UHGV virus genome: UHGV-1351770
From: a virus
DNA: 64,000 bases
Reading direction: 5' to 3' (one strand)
Part shown: positions 27,978-38,070 of the stretch, in pieces
Numbering within the stretch: the stretch's first letter is position 1
How the letters are laid out: each line of letters opens with the position of its first letter
The notes under the pieces: model-generated
The model's input: only the letters and a program-made list of their open reading frames with translations
The model's database searches: none
What the model was told of the DNA's origin: nothing
Position numbers and translations under genes: made by a program

Positions 27978-28743
27978 GTCTTGGGGCGAAACTACTGGCG
28001 GTTCTAACGATAAAATCGAATTCCTGAAGTTCAACAACGGTATCACTCGTGTTCGTATCGTTTCTGGTGTTCTTCCACGTTATGTCTATTGGCTGACTAA
28101 TAAAGAGGGTAGCGTAGCTCCTTTCGAATGTCTACGTTTTAACCGTGACAAAGAGAGCTTTGTTCGTGGTAAAGCTGATCCGGTTCATGAGATGGGCTTC
28201 TTCGAGAAAGAGCTGGATAAAGATGGTAATCGTGTTCCGCTGAAACCGAAGAAAAACTATATCGCTTTTGTTATTGACCGTTCTGATAACAAACTGAAAG
28301 TAATGGAAGTCAAGGCTACTATTCTGAAAGGCATCCAGTCTATCATGAAGCAGCTGAGTCTGGCAACTCCGTTTGATATTGATATTTCTATCGAGAAAAA
28401 AGGTAAAGGTTTCGATACTGAGTATGATGTACAGCAGATTGCTGCTATGCAGTTCCAGATTAAGCTGCAAGATCCTAACAGTGCGGAATCTAAGCAATAT
28501 GCTGCGGATGTCGATCTGATCGGTGAAGCTATGTGTGATGAAGATGGCGACATCATTAAGTTCGAAAAAGTTCCTTCTCTAGAACAAACCTATCCGGTTC
28601 CTACCTATGAAGAGCAGAAAGAGGCAATTCTAGCCTTCATGGAGGGTCGTGAGAATAAAGATGATGATGCCAAATCTGGTAATAGCAATGCAGGCTCCCA
28701 AAAAGGTATTGACTCAGAAGCTGCAAGCGATCTGGACGACTAA
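27970..28743 (+). CDS. single-stranded DNA-binding protein (T4 gp32-like fold) with acidic tail
   Basis: 257 aa, strongly codon-optimised. FNNGITRVRIVSGVLPRY resembles the gp32 GQAVIRFLP region. Acidic C-terminus DDDAKSG...SDLDD. Confidence 0.65.
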   Translation: MAKSWGETTGGSNDKIEFLKFNNGITRVRIVSGVLPRYVYWLTNKEGSVAPFECLRFNRDKESFVRGKADPVHEMGFFEKELDKDGNRVPLKPKKNYIAFVIDRSDNKLKVMEVKATILKGIQSIMKQLSLATPFDIDISIEKKGKGFDTEYDVQQIAAMQFQIKLQDPNSAESKQYAADVDLIGEAMCDEDGDIIKFEKVPSLEQTYPVPTYEEQKEAILAFMEGRENKDDDAKSGNSNAGSQKGIDSEAASDLDD

Positions 28744-28750
28744 TAAATAG

Positions 28751-28775
28751 AGGGGCTTCGGCCCCTTTCTTTTTA
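28751..28775 (+). terminator. intrinsic terminator
   Basis: aggggc-ttcg-gcccct hairpin plus ttcttttt. Confidence 0.8.
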
Positions 28776-28779
28776 ACCA

Positions 28780-29757
28780 ATGAGAATATTATTTAGTGCT
28801 GATCATCATATCAAACTAGGGCAAGATAAAGTTCCAAAGGAATGGCAGAAGCGTCGTTTCCTGATGCTAGGAGAACGGTTAAATGATATATTCCATAATC
28901 ATAACTGTGATCTTCATATTGCTGGTGGTGATATTCTTGATGTTGCCGACCCGTCGTCAGAAGAAATAGAACTGCTTGAACAGTTCATGTCAAGACTTGA
29001 CCACCCAGGTAAAATCTTTACTGGAAATCATGAAATGTTAACTAAAACGATTTCATGTCTATATCATTATGCAGGAGTTATTAATAAAGTAACTAGTGGA
29101 AAGTGGGAAGTAATTACCAAACCATATCGTTCTCCTGAATTTGATATTGTTCCGTATGATGAGATCCATAAATCCAAATGGAAACCGTCTGAATCAAAAC
29201 TATGTTTCACGCATGTTCGTGGTGAAATCCCTCCACATGTAAAACCAGAAATTGATCTAACTAAGTATAACTGTTATGATACTGTAATTGCTGGCGATTT
29301 ACATTCTTATACTAATAGCCAGACTATAGGATCTACTAGACTTCTCTACCCAGGCTCTCCATTAACTACATCGTTCCATAGAGAACGCACAAAAGGTACA
29401 AATGGTTGCTTTATCGTTGATACCGACACATTAAAAGTAGAATGGATTGAACTAGGTGATTTACCACAACTGATTCGTAAAACAATCGGAGCTGGTGAAG
29501 AGATGGAACCTAGTGATTATGATCGTGTAGTCTATGAAGTTACTGGTGACGTTGTTCAATTAAAGTCAATCAAAGACTCTGATTTATTAGATAAGAAGAT
29601 TAACCATCGAGTTACTAAAGATGCTAAGTTAAATCTTGTTGATCTTGATATGTTAGGTGAACTTGAACTTTACTTCCGTGAAGTCGAGAAGCTATCTCAA
29701 GGCGACATTGATAGAATCTTGGCTAGAGCTGCGAAATATGTCAAAGATTACAATTAA
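28780..29757 (+). CDS. SbcD/Mre11-like nuclease (T5 D12-like)
   Basis: 325 aa. Metallophosphoesterase motifs SADHH, AGGDILD, GNHE. Confidence 0.8.
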   Translation: MRILFSADHHIKLGQDKVPKEWQKRRFLMLGERLNDIFHNHNCDLHIAGGDILDVADPSSEEIELLEQFMSRLDHPGKIFTGNHEMLTKTISCLYHYAGVINKVTSGKWEVITKPYRSPEFDIVPYDEIHKSKWKPSESKLCFTHVRGEIPPHVKPEIDLTKYNCYDTVIAGDLHSYTNSQTIGSTRLLYPGSPLTTSFHRERTKGTNGCFIVDTDTLKVEWIELGDLPQLIRKTIGAGEEMEPSDYDRVVYEVTGDVVQLKSIKDSDLLDKKINHRVTKDAKLNLVDLDMLGELELYFREVEKLSQGDIDRILARAAKYVKDYN

Positions 29758-31576
29758 GACACTAAAATTTAGTAACGTTATGTCTTACGGTAAGGACATC
29801 GTAATTCATTTCGATAAGAATCCAGTTACTCAACTAATTGGTGGCAATGGATTAGGGAAATCCACCATCGCTACGGTTATCGAGGAGCTGTTTTATAATA
29901 AGAACTCACGTGGTATTAAGAAGGATGCTCTGTTCTCTTGGTCCTCTCCGAAAAAAGAGTATGATATGCACGCTTACTTCTCGAAAGATGAAGATGAGTA
30001 CGAACTGCATAAAGTAGTTAAATCAACTGCTAAAGTAACTCTTATTAAGAATGGGGAAGATATTAGTGGGCATACGGCAACCCAAACGTACAAGATGATT
30101 GAGGAGATTATGGGTGGTGACTTCCAAACATTCACCAAATTAATTTATCAATCAGTGGGTTCCAATCTAGACTTTCTAAAAGCAACAGATGCAACACGTA
30201 AGGCTTTTCTTGTTAACTTGTTCAATCAAGAACAGTATAAAGAAATGTCAGAAACTATTAAGGCTGACCGTAAAGAAATAGCAAATACCCTAAATAATTT
30301 GCAGGGCCAAATGGCTGTAATTACGAAAATCCTTAGTGGAAAGAATAACTTGGGAACCTTACAAGAACCAGTCGAAGTGCCTGAGTTTGATGAAGAACCC
30401 TTAGCACAAGAACTTACTGAATCGAAAATTAAGGCGGCATTAGCCAAGTCACAAGAGGCTAATATTACTAAATTGCGTAATTTGGACAAAGCTGTACAAG
30501 TTGCTGAACAATCTTTCGAGCCTTTCAAAAATTTGCCCGCGCCCACCGACCAAAATGAAGAGATCTCGAGTGTTACGCGTGACCTAACGATTGTGACCTC
30601 ACGTGCGGGCGAAGTTAAGAAACGTTATCAGAAGTTCAAGCAGGAGGCTTCAAATACTGAATGTCCTACTTGTGGTACTCATCTGGATACAACTGCTGCT
30701 CAAAAAGCAATGGATATGGCTAGAACAGAATATGATCCTCTGTTCAAAGAGAAACAATCTCTTGAAGCTAAGTTAGAACAGTTGAAGAAAGAACAACTTG
30801 AGTACACTACTTATATTAGAGCAAAGGATGCTTTGGATAAAGCAGTGGCAGCTAGAGACGAGTTCAAAAATTCAATGAGTGATGCTTCTTTTGAAGAACT
30901 CAATGTGCAAAACCTACAGGTGCAAATCCGACAACTAGAACAGGAAATCGCTGACGGACGTTCTAAGGTTGCAATTGCCAAAGAGCATAATGCAAATGTT
31001 GAATTAGCCAATGCAAAATATAAAGCGAAACTAGAACAGATTGAGAAAGCTGAGGCAGAAATGTCTGAGATTACTTCCAAACTGGATGGAGTATCAGAAG
31101 CTGTTGCTGATCTCGATATTCTGATCGCCGCATTGAAAAATCTGGTAGGGTATAAACTAGAGCATAGTGTGAAAGTATTTGAAGAATTAATTAATAAATA
31201 CCTTTCTATTATGACTGGTGGTAAGTTCGCACTTGGATTTGAACTTGATGAAACAAAATTACAAGTAGTAATCTTCAATGATGGAAACCGTACCAGTATG
31301 GAGAACTGCTCCACTGGTCAACAAAGTAGAATTAATTTAGCAACTCTGTTAGCTATTCGAATGCTACTAACATCTATTAGTAAAGTTAATATTAATCTTC
31401 TATTCCTTGATGAAGTAATCAGCTTTATTGATACGAAAGGACTTGACACCCTTGTTGAATTATTAAATGAGGAAGAAAGTCTAAATTCTATCATTGTTTC
31501 TCATGGGCATACGCATCCATTGGCCCATAGGATTACCGTCAAAAAAGATGCAGAAGGATTTTCCTACTTAGATTAA
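29738..31576 (+). CDS. SbcC/Rad50-like ATPase (T5 D13-like)
   Basis: Starts MSKITIKTLKFSNVMSYG. Walker A NGLGKST, long coiled-coil, signature STGQQSRINLA, Walker B LFLDEV. Start overlaps the SbcD stop by 20 nt. Confidence 0.8.
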   Translation: MSKITIKTLKFSNVMSYGKDIVIHFDKNPVTQLIGGNGLGKSTIATVIEELFYNKNSRGIKKDALFSWSSPKKEYDMHAYFSKDEDEYELHKVVKSTAKVTLIKNGEDISGHTATQTYKMIEEIMGGDFQTFTKLIYQSVGSNLDFLKATDATRKAFLVNLFNQEQYKEMSETIKADRKEIANTLNNLQGQMAVITKILSGKNNLGTLQEPVEVPEFDEEPLAQELTESKIKAALAKSQEANITKLRNLDKAVQVAEQSFEPFKNLPAPTDQNEEISSVTRDLTIVTSRAGEVKKRYQKFKQEASNTECPTCGTHLDTTAAQKAMDMARTEYDPLFKEKQSLEAKLEQLKKEQLEYTTYIRAKDALDKAVAARDEFKNSMSDASFEELNVQNLQVQIRQLEQEIADGRSKVAIAKEHNANVELANAKYKAKLEQIEKAEAEMSEITSKLDGVSEAVADLDILIAALKNLVGYKLEHSVKVFEELINKYLSIMTGGKFALGFELDETKLQVVIFNDGNRTSMENCSTGQQSRINLATLLAIRMLLTSISKVNINLLFLDEVISFIDTKGLDTLVELLNEEESLNSIIVSHGHTHPLAHRITVKKDAEGFSYLD

Positions 31577-31579
31577 AAC

Positions 31580-32062
31580 ATGGCTGTAGATAGTAGAGAG
31601 AAAGGTAAACGTGGCGAATATCAGGTAAGAGATATTCTACGTGAGCGTACAGGTCTTGAGTGGGAACGTGTTCCTGGCTCTGGTGCTTTTGGCCAGAGCC
31701 ATGGACTAAAAGGTGACATCTACCTTCCACCACAAAGTGGACACATTAGTAAATACTGCTTCGAAGTTAAGTGGTATAAAGATGATAATATATCAAGTAA
31801 TTTATTTAATGTTGGTGAATCCACTCTAGAGAAGTGGTGGCAGCAATGCTCACGTGAAGGTGAGCAGATGAACTCCAAACCTGCATTAATATTCAAGAAA
31901 GACAGAGGACAGTGGTTAATAGCTTTGGATAGCTCAGACCCGATGGTTGACAACTTAATGAGTCGTACCCATATGGTGTTAAATAAGAAAGACATGGAAA
32001 TCGTAATTGGTTTATTTGAGCCGTGGCTACATCATGCATCTGTTGAGGACTTAATTAAATAA
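31580..32062 (+). CDS. hypothetical protein (T5 D14 position, 160 aa)
   Basis: ORF in a conserved slot between D13 and D15. Confidence 0.55.
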   Translation: MAVDSREKGKRGEYQVRDILRERTGLEWERVPGSGAFGQSHGLKGDIYLPPQSGHISKYCFEVKWYKDDNISSNLFNVGESTLEKWWQQCSREGEQMNSKPALIFKKDRGQWLIALDSSDPMVDNLMSRTHMVLNKKDMEIVIGLFEPWLHHASVEDLIK

Positions 32063-32937
32063 TGAGTAAATCCTGGGGAAAATTTATTGAAGAAGAGGAA
32101 GCTGAAATGGCTTCCCGTCGTAACCTAATGATTGTCGATGGAACTAACTTAGGCTTTCGCTTCAAGCATAATAACAGTAAAAAACCATTTGCCTCAAGTT
32201 ATGTTTCCACTATTCAGTCTCTAGCAAAATCTTATTCCGCTAGAACTACAATAGTTTTAGGAGATAAAGGAAAGTCTGCATTCCGCTTAGAGCATCTCCC
32301 CGAGTATAAAGGGAACCGAGATGAGAAATACTCTCAGCGTACGGAAGAGGAGAAAGCATTAGATGAGCAGTTCTTCGAGTATTTGAAAGATGCTTTCGAA
32401 TTATGTGAAACTACATTCCCAACTTTCACTATTCGTGGTGTAGAAGCAGATGATATGGCGGCTTATATTGTTAAACTCATTGGACATCTGTATGATCACG
32501 TTTGGTTGATTTCTACTGATGGTGACTGGGATACTTTATTAACTGATAAAGTTTCTCGTTTTTCTTTTACAACACGTCGTGAATATCATCTTCGTGATAT
32601 GTATGAGCATCATAATGTTGACGATGTAGAGCAGTTTATCTCTCTGAAAGCAATTATGGGTGATTTAGGGGATAATATCCGAGGTGTTGAAGGTATTGGG
32701 GCAAAACGCGGGTATAATATTATTCGTGAATTTGGTAACGTTCTGGATATTATTGATCAGCTTCCACTACCTGGAAAACAGAAATATATACAGAATTTAA
32801 ATGCTTCGGAAGAATTACTTTATCGAAACTTAATTCTGGTTGATTTACCAACCTACTGTGTAGATGCTATCGCCGCTGTAGGTCAAGATGTATTAGATAA
32901 GTTTACAAAAGATATTTTGGAGATTGCAGAACAATGA
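32062..32937 (+). CDS. flap endonuclease / 5'-3' exonuclease (T5 D15-like)
   Basis: 291 aa. N-terminal PIN-like acidic residues. H3TH motif GDLGDNIRGVEGIGAKRG. Confidence 0.88.
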   Translation: MSKSWGKFIEEEEAEMASRRNLMIVDGTNLGFRFKHNNSKKPFASSYVSTIQSLAKSYSARTTIVLGDKGKSAFRLEHLPEYKGNRDEKYSQRTEEEKALDEQFFEYLKDAFELCETTFPTFTIRGVEADDMAAYIVKLIGHLYDHVWLISTDGDWDTLLTDKVSRFSFTTRREYHLRDMYEHHNVDDVEQFISLKAIMGDLGDNIRGVEGIGAKRGYNIIREFGNVLDIIDQLPLPGKQKYIQNLNASEELLYRNLILVDLPTYCVDAIAAVGQDVLDKFTKDILEIAEQ

Positions 32938-33380
32938 TTAAAATTAAATTAACTCATCCAGATTGTATGCCTAAGATTGGTTCCGAAGATGCTGCAGGTA
33001 TGGATCTGCGAGCATTCTTTGGTACTAACCCTGCTGCAGATTTACGTGCTATTGCACCAGGCAAATCCTTAATGATTGACACCGGTGTCGCGGTAGAAAT
33101 TCCGCGAGGTTGGTTCGGTTTGGTAGTTCCTCGTAGCTCCTTAGGTAAGCGTCATCTGATGATTGCAAACACCGCAGGAGTGATCGACTCAGACTATCGT
33201 GGAACTATTAAGATGAACCTATTCAATTACGGTTCCGAAATGCAAACCCTGGAAAATTTTGAAAGACTTTGTCAGCTAGTGGTACTACCACACTATTCAA
33301 CTCATCATTTTGAAATCGTTGATGAACTAGAGGAGACAGAACGTGGAGAAGGTGGATTTGGAAGTTCAGGAAACAAATAA
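32934..33380 (+). CDS. dut: dUTPase
   Basis: 148 aa. Motifs AAGMDLRA, RSSLGK, GVIDSDYRGTI, and C-terminal GGFGSSG. Confidence 0.9.
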   Translation: MIKIKLTHPDCMPKIGSEDAAGMDLRAFFGTNPAADLRAIAPGKSLMIDTGVAVEIPRGWFGLVVPRSSLGKRHLMIANTAGVIDSDYRGTIKMNLFNYGSEMQTLENFERLCQLVVLPHYSTHHFEIVDELEETERGEGGFGSSGNK

Positions 33381-33610
33381 TTTTACTAACCCTAGTATGG
33401 TAGGTATTGTTAATACCAATATGTCTACTTATCAGATTAAAACCACTGAATCCTAAAAGTTTGTGCTGAAAACAGATAAAGAAGGTAATGTTACTTTTTG
33501 GGATCCTGAAGGTTTTATAGAACTTTGCACTAATAGTGACAATGAGCATTTAAAATTCCTTTTAGCCATTTATAATCTTGGTATTATAGAAGGCAGTAAA
33601 TAAATAATAA

Positions 33611-33638
33611 AACCCCAGTGGATTTTGTCCACTGGGGT
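33611..33638. terminator. bidirectional intrinsic terminator at the early(+)/late(-) convergence point
   Basis: aaccccagtgga-tttt-gtccactggggtt hairpin flanked by A-runs (5' side) and T-runs (3' side). Confidence 0.8.
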
Positions 33639-33647
33639 TTTCTTTTA

Positions 33648-35393
33648 TTACTGTACTAATTGTATTTTTAATTGTTTGAGTTCTTCTTCCAAAGATTCAA
33701 TCCGTTTTATAAGTTCTTGCACGACATGCATAGTGTCAAGAAGCATTGGAGTCGTATCTAATTCCTTCTGTTCTTGCTCCACCCCATCATTATTATAAAA
33801 TCTTCTAGTTTTTACATAAAGTGGTTCTATAGTCTCTACTTGCTGAGCAATAACCCCACGTCGGACGCGAGATTTTTCATCGTTATTATATACAAAGGAT
33901 TGGAATTCTAATCCTTTTAATACCTCGATGGACTTAGTTGCGTCTATAGCCTTAATATCATGCTTTAAGCGAGAATCAGATACAGCATTTAATTGCAAAG
34001 TATAGACTGCTGAAGCACCAGGCCACCAAGAATAGAAATAAATACTGTTATTATTAGGCTGAATTTTTAAACGTACACCATATTTGTTATCATCATCACC
34101 TGCAACATGCCAGCAGCTATCAGCAAATGAACCGTTATCATTGTGGATTTGACCAATATGGGTATGAGTTTTATAGCCCGTGCTTGAACTTTGGGAGCCG
34201 CTAAGAATACTGTAGAAACTGTAGTCGTTACCGATGGCTTGGTGGGCTTGGGAAAATGTGCCATAGGCCCAGCCGGTCTGAACCCAAGCCATACGGGTGC
34301 CAAATCTAGCCTTAAAGCGGTCGGACCACAGATCACCATCTTCTGTGACGCTGATATCTTTCTCTTTGCCCGTAGTGGCATTTTTAACAGAGAGCTGGGT
34401 AGAATATGCTCCGCCCATTGTTGCAGCAGTATAGACATTACCCTGCGCCTCAATAGCCGTTCCAATCTTATATTCTACACTTACTTTCCCTGATTCAACT
34501 CTTGTGCCGTCTATCGGTCTGGTCGCATCGCCGTTAATAACACTCCATGATGTATTTGCTGCAACGAAACCACCAGATGCACGAATCACCCATACACCTA
34601 CAAAATTTCGTGTAAGAATCTCATCATTTGATGCTCCGTAAATTGGACTTGAACGTGAGGCGTCAAAATTTAGCGTGTTACAACGGCCAGTAAGCGGTGT
34701 CTTACCTGCAGGGATGACATCCCCATCCCCGTTAGGAAAAAGCATATTATCAGAAAAGAATGCACCTCTAGCAGCAGAACCGAATACCTGAGCATACATA
34801 CCTCCTGAGTAGCTAGGAACAGCACCTGTAATATTCGGTGCAGCGGATTCAAAAGCACGACCGTTAGCGTCGGACATACCGCCATCACCACGACCATAAA
34901 GAGCGCGTATTGACCCTTGCTGTACCCCATTCCTATCTGGAACACGAAAAGTTGTTGTTCCATCTCCTGATGAGTATTTACCACGCTGGAATTTATCCGC
35001 TAACCAGACGGAATCCTCTATAAGCCCAACCATCTGAGCATAAGCCCAAAGCTCAGGCCAGTCAGCCCTATTAAGAAGCTGTCCGTCAGAAACGACTTCG
35101 TATGGTTGAATATATGCACGACTATCTCGGAGGTGAAAATCACCAACACCGTAGTTCATAACACCATTCATAGTGGGTCCAACTGTACCAGTGTTAATCT
35201 TATTCTCTACCCAACGTTTAGTTGCGGCATCATAGTCCCCAACAGGATCCCCCGCAAGAGGGGTGGATCCAATAGGACGCACATTTAGCCATGCTGCTGC
35301 ACGGTCTGCTAAGTCACTCAGGTTATTATTCTTATTAAGTGACTCGTTTTTAAGTTTTGTAATATCCGTAGGAATTACTGTTTTAGTTACCAT
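33648..35393 (-). CDS. L-shaped tail fibre distal subunit (LtfB-like) with C-terminal intramolecular chaperone (peptidase S74) domain
   Basis: 581 aa. C-terminal SDSRLKHDIKAID...coiled coil is typical of the auto-cleaving chaperone of T5 pb1/endosialidases (about residues 472-581, nt 33651..33980). Confidence 0.75.
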   Translation of the reverse strand: MVTKTVIPTDITKLKNESLNKNNNLSDLADRAAAWLNVRPIGSTPLAGDPVGDYDAATKRWVENKINTGTVGPTMNGVMNYGVGDFHLRDSRAYIQPYEVVSDGQLLNRADWPELWAYAQMVGLIEDSVWLADKFQRGKYSSGDGTTTFRVPDRNGVQQGSIRALYGRGDGGMSDANGRAFESAAPNITGAVPSYSGGMYAQVFGSAARGAFFSDNMLFPNGDGDVIPAGKTPLTGRCNTLNFDASRSSPIYGASNDEILTRNFVGVWVIRASGGFVAANTSWSVINGDATRPIDGTRVESGKVSVEYKIGTAIEAQGNVYTAATMGGAYSTQLSVKNATTGKEKDISVTEDGDLWSDRFKARFGTRMAWVQTGWAYGTFSQAHQAIGNDYSFYSILSGSQSSSTGYKTHTHIGQIHNDNGSFADSCWHVAGDDDNKYGVRLKIQPNNNSIYFYSWWPGASAVYTLQLNAVSDSRLKHDIKAIDATKSIEVLKGLEFQSFVYNNDEKSRVRRGVIAQQVETIEPLYVKTRRFYNNDGVEQEQKELDTTPMLLDTMHVVQELIKRIESLEEELKQLKIQLVQ

Positions 35394-35402
35394 TATAAAA
35401 CC

Positions 35403-35681
35403 TTATGCCCACTCTCTAAGAGGCTGTTCTAGCTGAACTATAAAAGGCTCAAAGTATTCGTAAGTAAAGGATTCATCAAGAATCCTTACATTAACATAAT
35501 ACCCTTCATTACGGATGCCTCTAGGCTCATCATCACCTAGCGGAGAGATTTCAGTATAAGTATAGCCAATTTCATCAAGCATTATTTGGTTTTGCAAAGT
35601 TTCATTAGTATCCCACTCTATTTTTAAGAGAAAATCTTTATATGCTGATTTATCCGTGAATTTTAGGATTATATCTCTCAT
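35403..35681 (-). CDS. hypothetical protein (92 aa) between the fibre subunits
   Basis: ORF tightly packed between ltfA and ltfB. Confidence 0.45.
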   Translation of the reverse strand: MRDIILKFTDKSAYKDFLLKIEWDTNETLQNQIMLDEIGYTYTEISPLGDDEPRGIRNEGYYVNVRILDESFTYEYFEPFIVQLEQPLREWA

Positions 35682-35902
35682 ACATACTCCTTCATTTGTC
35701 TATCAGTTAGTTCCTTATGCCAGATTCTAAAGTTTCTAACGTGCCCGAAAAGATGACGTTCGCCCGTAGTTGTTTGTCCGCCAATCCTTATAGTAGCCGT
35801 TGATTGTATGTATCTCCATTCCGTTTTTGTTTCGCTTGATATTCTGGCATTACTTACACAGCAATTATTATAATCACTCTTTACTCTCATTCCTATGATC
35901 AT
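35678..35902 (-). CDS. hypothetical protein (74 aa) between the fibre subunits
   Basis: ORF with 4-nt overlaps on both sides. Confidence 0.45.
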   Translation of the reverse strand: MIIGMRVKSDYNNCCVSNARISSETKTEWRYIQSTATIRIGGQTTTGERHLFGHVRNFRIWHKELTDRQMKEYV

Positions 35903-38070
35903 CTTTTTAGTTTTGCATTCTCGTAAACCCTTCTGTTTGATTTACCTATATCGCAATAAGGGAATCCATCATTATCGCCTTCGGCAGATCCGAAAGCAAG
36001 AATAATTGCCGCACCAGATTGATGACCTCTAGTATCGAAAACACGAGGCGCAGCATTTGGCGTTATACTCCAGTTTTTATTAGCTTCCACAAGTATTGTA
36101 AACGGCAAATTGTAAAGGTTGTTTTTTATTGGCAATGTAACCATATCACTTGCCCGTGTAACTGGAGTTGCTTCTGTAATAATAAATGATGAAGCGCACG
36201 CCCCGCCTTCAACTTGAGGGGTAGCAATATAAATATAATCATCTGCACCAGTGCCCTCTCCCTCTTTTGCTGGTGCATACTGCACCATTGCACCGATCAT
36301 ATTTTCTGTATCAAGCGCTTTAATTGTTGCCTCAAAGAAAATCCATTTGCTTGCTTCATCTTTAACAGCCCTTGCAGTAATACGATTTGCAGCGCCGCCA
36401 GATTTTTCAATTGATAAATCTGTCAGATTTACGTAAGCATCACCCAAAAATGTATAAGCAGATCCATCGTAGTTTTCAAATCGTAATCGGCATCTTAAAT
36501 TTGGAGTCCCACTTTGCGCCCTGCATGATATGGTTACATACTTTTCATTTCCTGTTACATCAAAACCTCTACTGCCGGAAACGGTTACTATGTTAATCGC
36601 TGAAGTTTGCCCTACCATTTCTGGTTTTAATGTAAATTTTGCGTACTGGAATCCGAAATCATCTACACCTGATCTATCTAAGATCATATTTGATGACTTG
36701 TTCCATTTTGAAGGATTGGTGCTATTTATAAGAAGGTTTGTTCTTTGCCCCTCAATGAGCAAACCATCCTTTTCAAATCTAGGTTCATCAATCCCCGCAA
36801 CAGTTAATACACCTGATTTATTAATATATGTCGCAGTTGATGCACGTGTAAAGCTAACAATCTTATCACTAGGCAGTGTTATTTCCTCATCACCGACTGT
36901 TATTTTTTTATAGCCTGGTGCAAAGCCGGTGATCATATCTAGAGAATCGTTAAACGGTATCCATACATCTGGAAGAGGTTGAATGTCGGGGGTAGAATTA
37001 GCAGCAGCTTCTGATCTATCAGCCTCAGTTTTTGAACGATCGGCTTCAGTTTTAGCAGTATTAGCACTATTAGCAGCAGCAGTAGCCTGTCTCCCCGCTT
37101 CTGCTGCAGAATTAGCAGCATTAGTTGCAGAAGTTGCAGCTTGGTTTTTTAAAGTTGTTGTCTCAGCTACCGCGCTATCTTTAATACCTTGTGTATCCGT
37201 TTTTAACTGCGCAACATCTGCCTTTATAGCTGTTGTCTCTGTTACAGCACTGTTTTTAATGGCCTGAGTATCTGATTTTAGCTGCTCAACATCTGATTTT
37301 AAGCCTTGAATAGTAGTTACTGACTGCCTAGCTGAAGTTGCGGAACTAGCTGCGTTAGTCTCACTAGCTTTGGCTTTAGTCTCACTAGCTTTTGCATTAG
37401 TTTCGCTAGTTTTAGCCTTTGTTTCGGAAGTTTTTGCAGCAGAAGCTGATGTGGCAGCTTGTGTAGAGAATGTTTCCGCCTCATTCCTAAAACCACTGGA
37501 ATCCGCAGCGGATGCAGCAGCATTAGTCTCACTGATTTTTGCATTATCCTCACTAAGTTTTGCCGCTGCAGCCGAAGCAGCAGCATTAGTTTCACTAGCC
37601 TTAGCATTAGTCTCGGAGGCCTTAGCTTTGATTTCACTAGACTTTGTATTAGTTTCTGATGTTTTTGCATTAGTCTCGGAGGTTTTAGCCTTAGTTTCAC
37701 TAGCTTTCGCATTAGTCTCGGATACTTTAGCTGCTGCGGCTGATTCTGCAGATCTATCCGCTGATGCAGCAGATTGAGTAGCAGATGTAGCAGACTGAGT
37801 AGCAGAAGCTTCTGAAGCTACGGCAGAAATAGCAGCTTCCTGCTCCGAATTCTTAGCATTAAGCTCTGAGGTCTTAGCTGCTATCTCAGAATCTTTTGCA
37901 GCCGCAGCAGATTTAGCAGCGGCCTCTATAGAAGATACTAACTCACTAGCAGTAATAGAACTAATAGAATTTCCAAGAATTACTGTATATCTAGGAAATT
38001 TACTAGCAGTAGCTTTCGTATCATCTATATTCAGTATTTGTTGCACAATAATTTTAGTAGTTACTGCCAT
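35899..38070 (-). CDS. L-shaped tail fibre proximal subunit (LtfA-like), Ala/Ser/Thr-rich with tandem heptad repeats
   Basis: 723 aa. Long runs of AK(A/T)SETN heptads and a duplicated about 25-aa block; fibrous composition. Position equivalent to T5 pb1. Confidence 0.7.
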   Translation of the reverse strand: MAVTTKIIVQQILNIDDTKATASKFPRYTVILGNSISSITASELVSSIEAAAKSAAAAKDSEIAAKTSELNAKNSEQEAAISAVASEASATQSATSATQSAASADRSAESAAAAKVSETNAKASETKAKTSETNAKTSETNTKSSEIKAKASETNAKASETNAAASAAAAKLSEDNAKISETNAAASAADSSGFRNEAETFSTQAATSASAAKTSETKAKTSETNAKASETKAKASETNAASSATSARQSVTTIQGLKSDVEQLKSDTQAIKNSAVTETTAIKADVAQLKTDTQGIKDSAVAETTTLKNQAATSATNAANSAAEAGRQATAAANSANTAKTEADRSKTEADRSEAAANSTPDIQPLPDVWIPFNDSLDMITGFAPGYKKITVGDEEITLPSDKIVSFTRASTATYINKSGVLTVAGIDEPRFEKDGLLIEGQRTNLLINSTNPSKWNKSSNMILDRSGVDDFGFQYAKFTLKPEMVGQTSAINIVTVSGSRGFDVTGNEKYVTISCRAQSGTPNLRCRLRFENYDGSAYTFLGDAYVNLTDLSIEKSGGAANRITARAVKDEASKWIFFEATIKALDTENMIGAMVQYAPAKEGEGTGADDYIYIATPQVEGGACASSFIITEATPVTRASDMVTLPIKNNLYNLPFTILVEANKNWSITPNAAPRVFDTRGHQSGAAIILAFGSAEGDNDGFPYCDIGKSNRRVYENAKLKR
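37000..37800. repeat. in-frame tandem 21-bp (heptad-encoding) repeats plus a duplicated about 75-bp block inside ltfA
   Basis: Repeated gctttagtctcactagctttt-type units on the plus strand. Peptide repeats KASETNA, about 15 copies, in two arrays. Confidence 0.7.

Noticed and set aside
30811-31314. 167-aa minus-strand ORF inside sbcC (and 30226..30546)
   Set aside because: Antisense to the Rad50-like coiled-coil region; Ser/Ala-rich low complexity; no signals.
36214-37777. Several 60-135-aa ORFs on both strands within ltfA (for example 36983..37267, 37370..37777, 37317..37712)
   Set aside because: By-products of the Ala/Ser/Thr-rich tandem repeats (the alternate frames read as Leu/Lys/Gln-rich or Ala/Val-rich low-complexity). 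Not genes.
37000-37800. Tandem repeats considered as a CRISPR array
   Set aside because: Repeats are in-frame coding heptads without unique spacers, lie inside a structural gene, and no cas genes are present.
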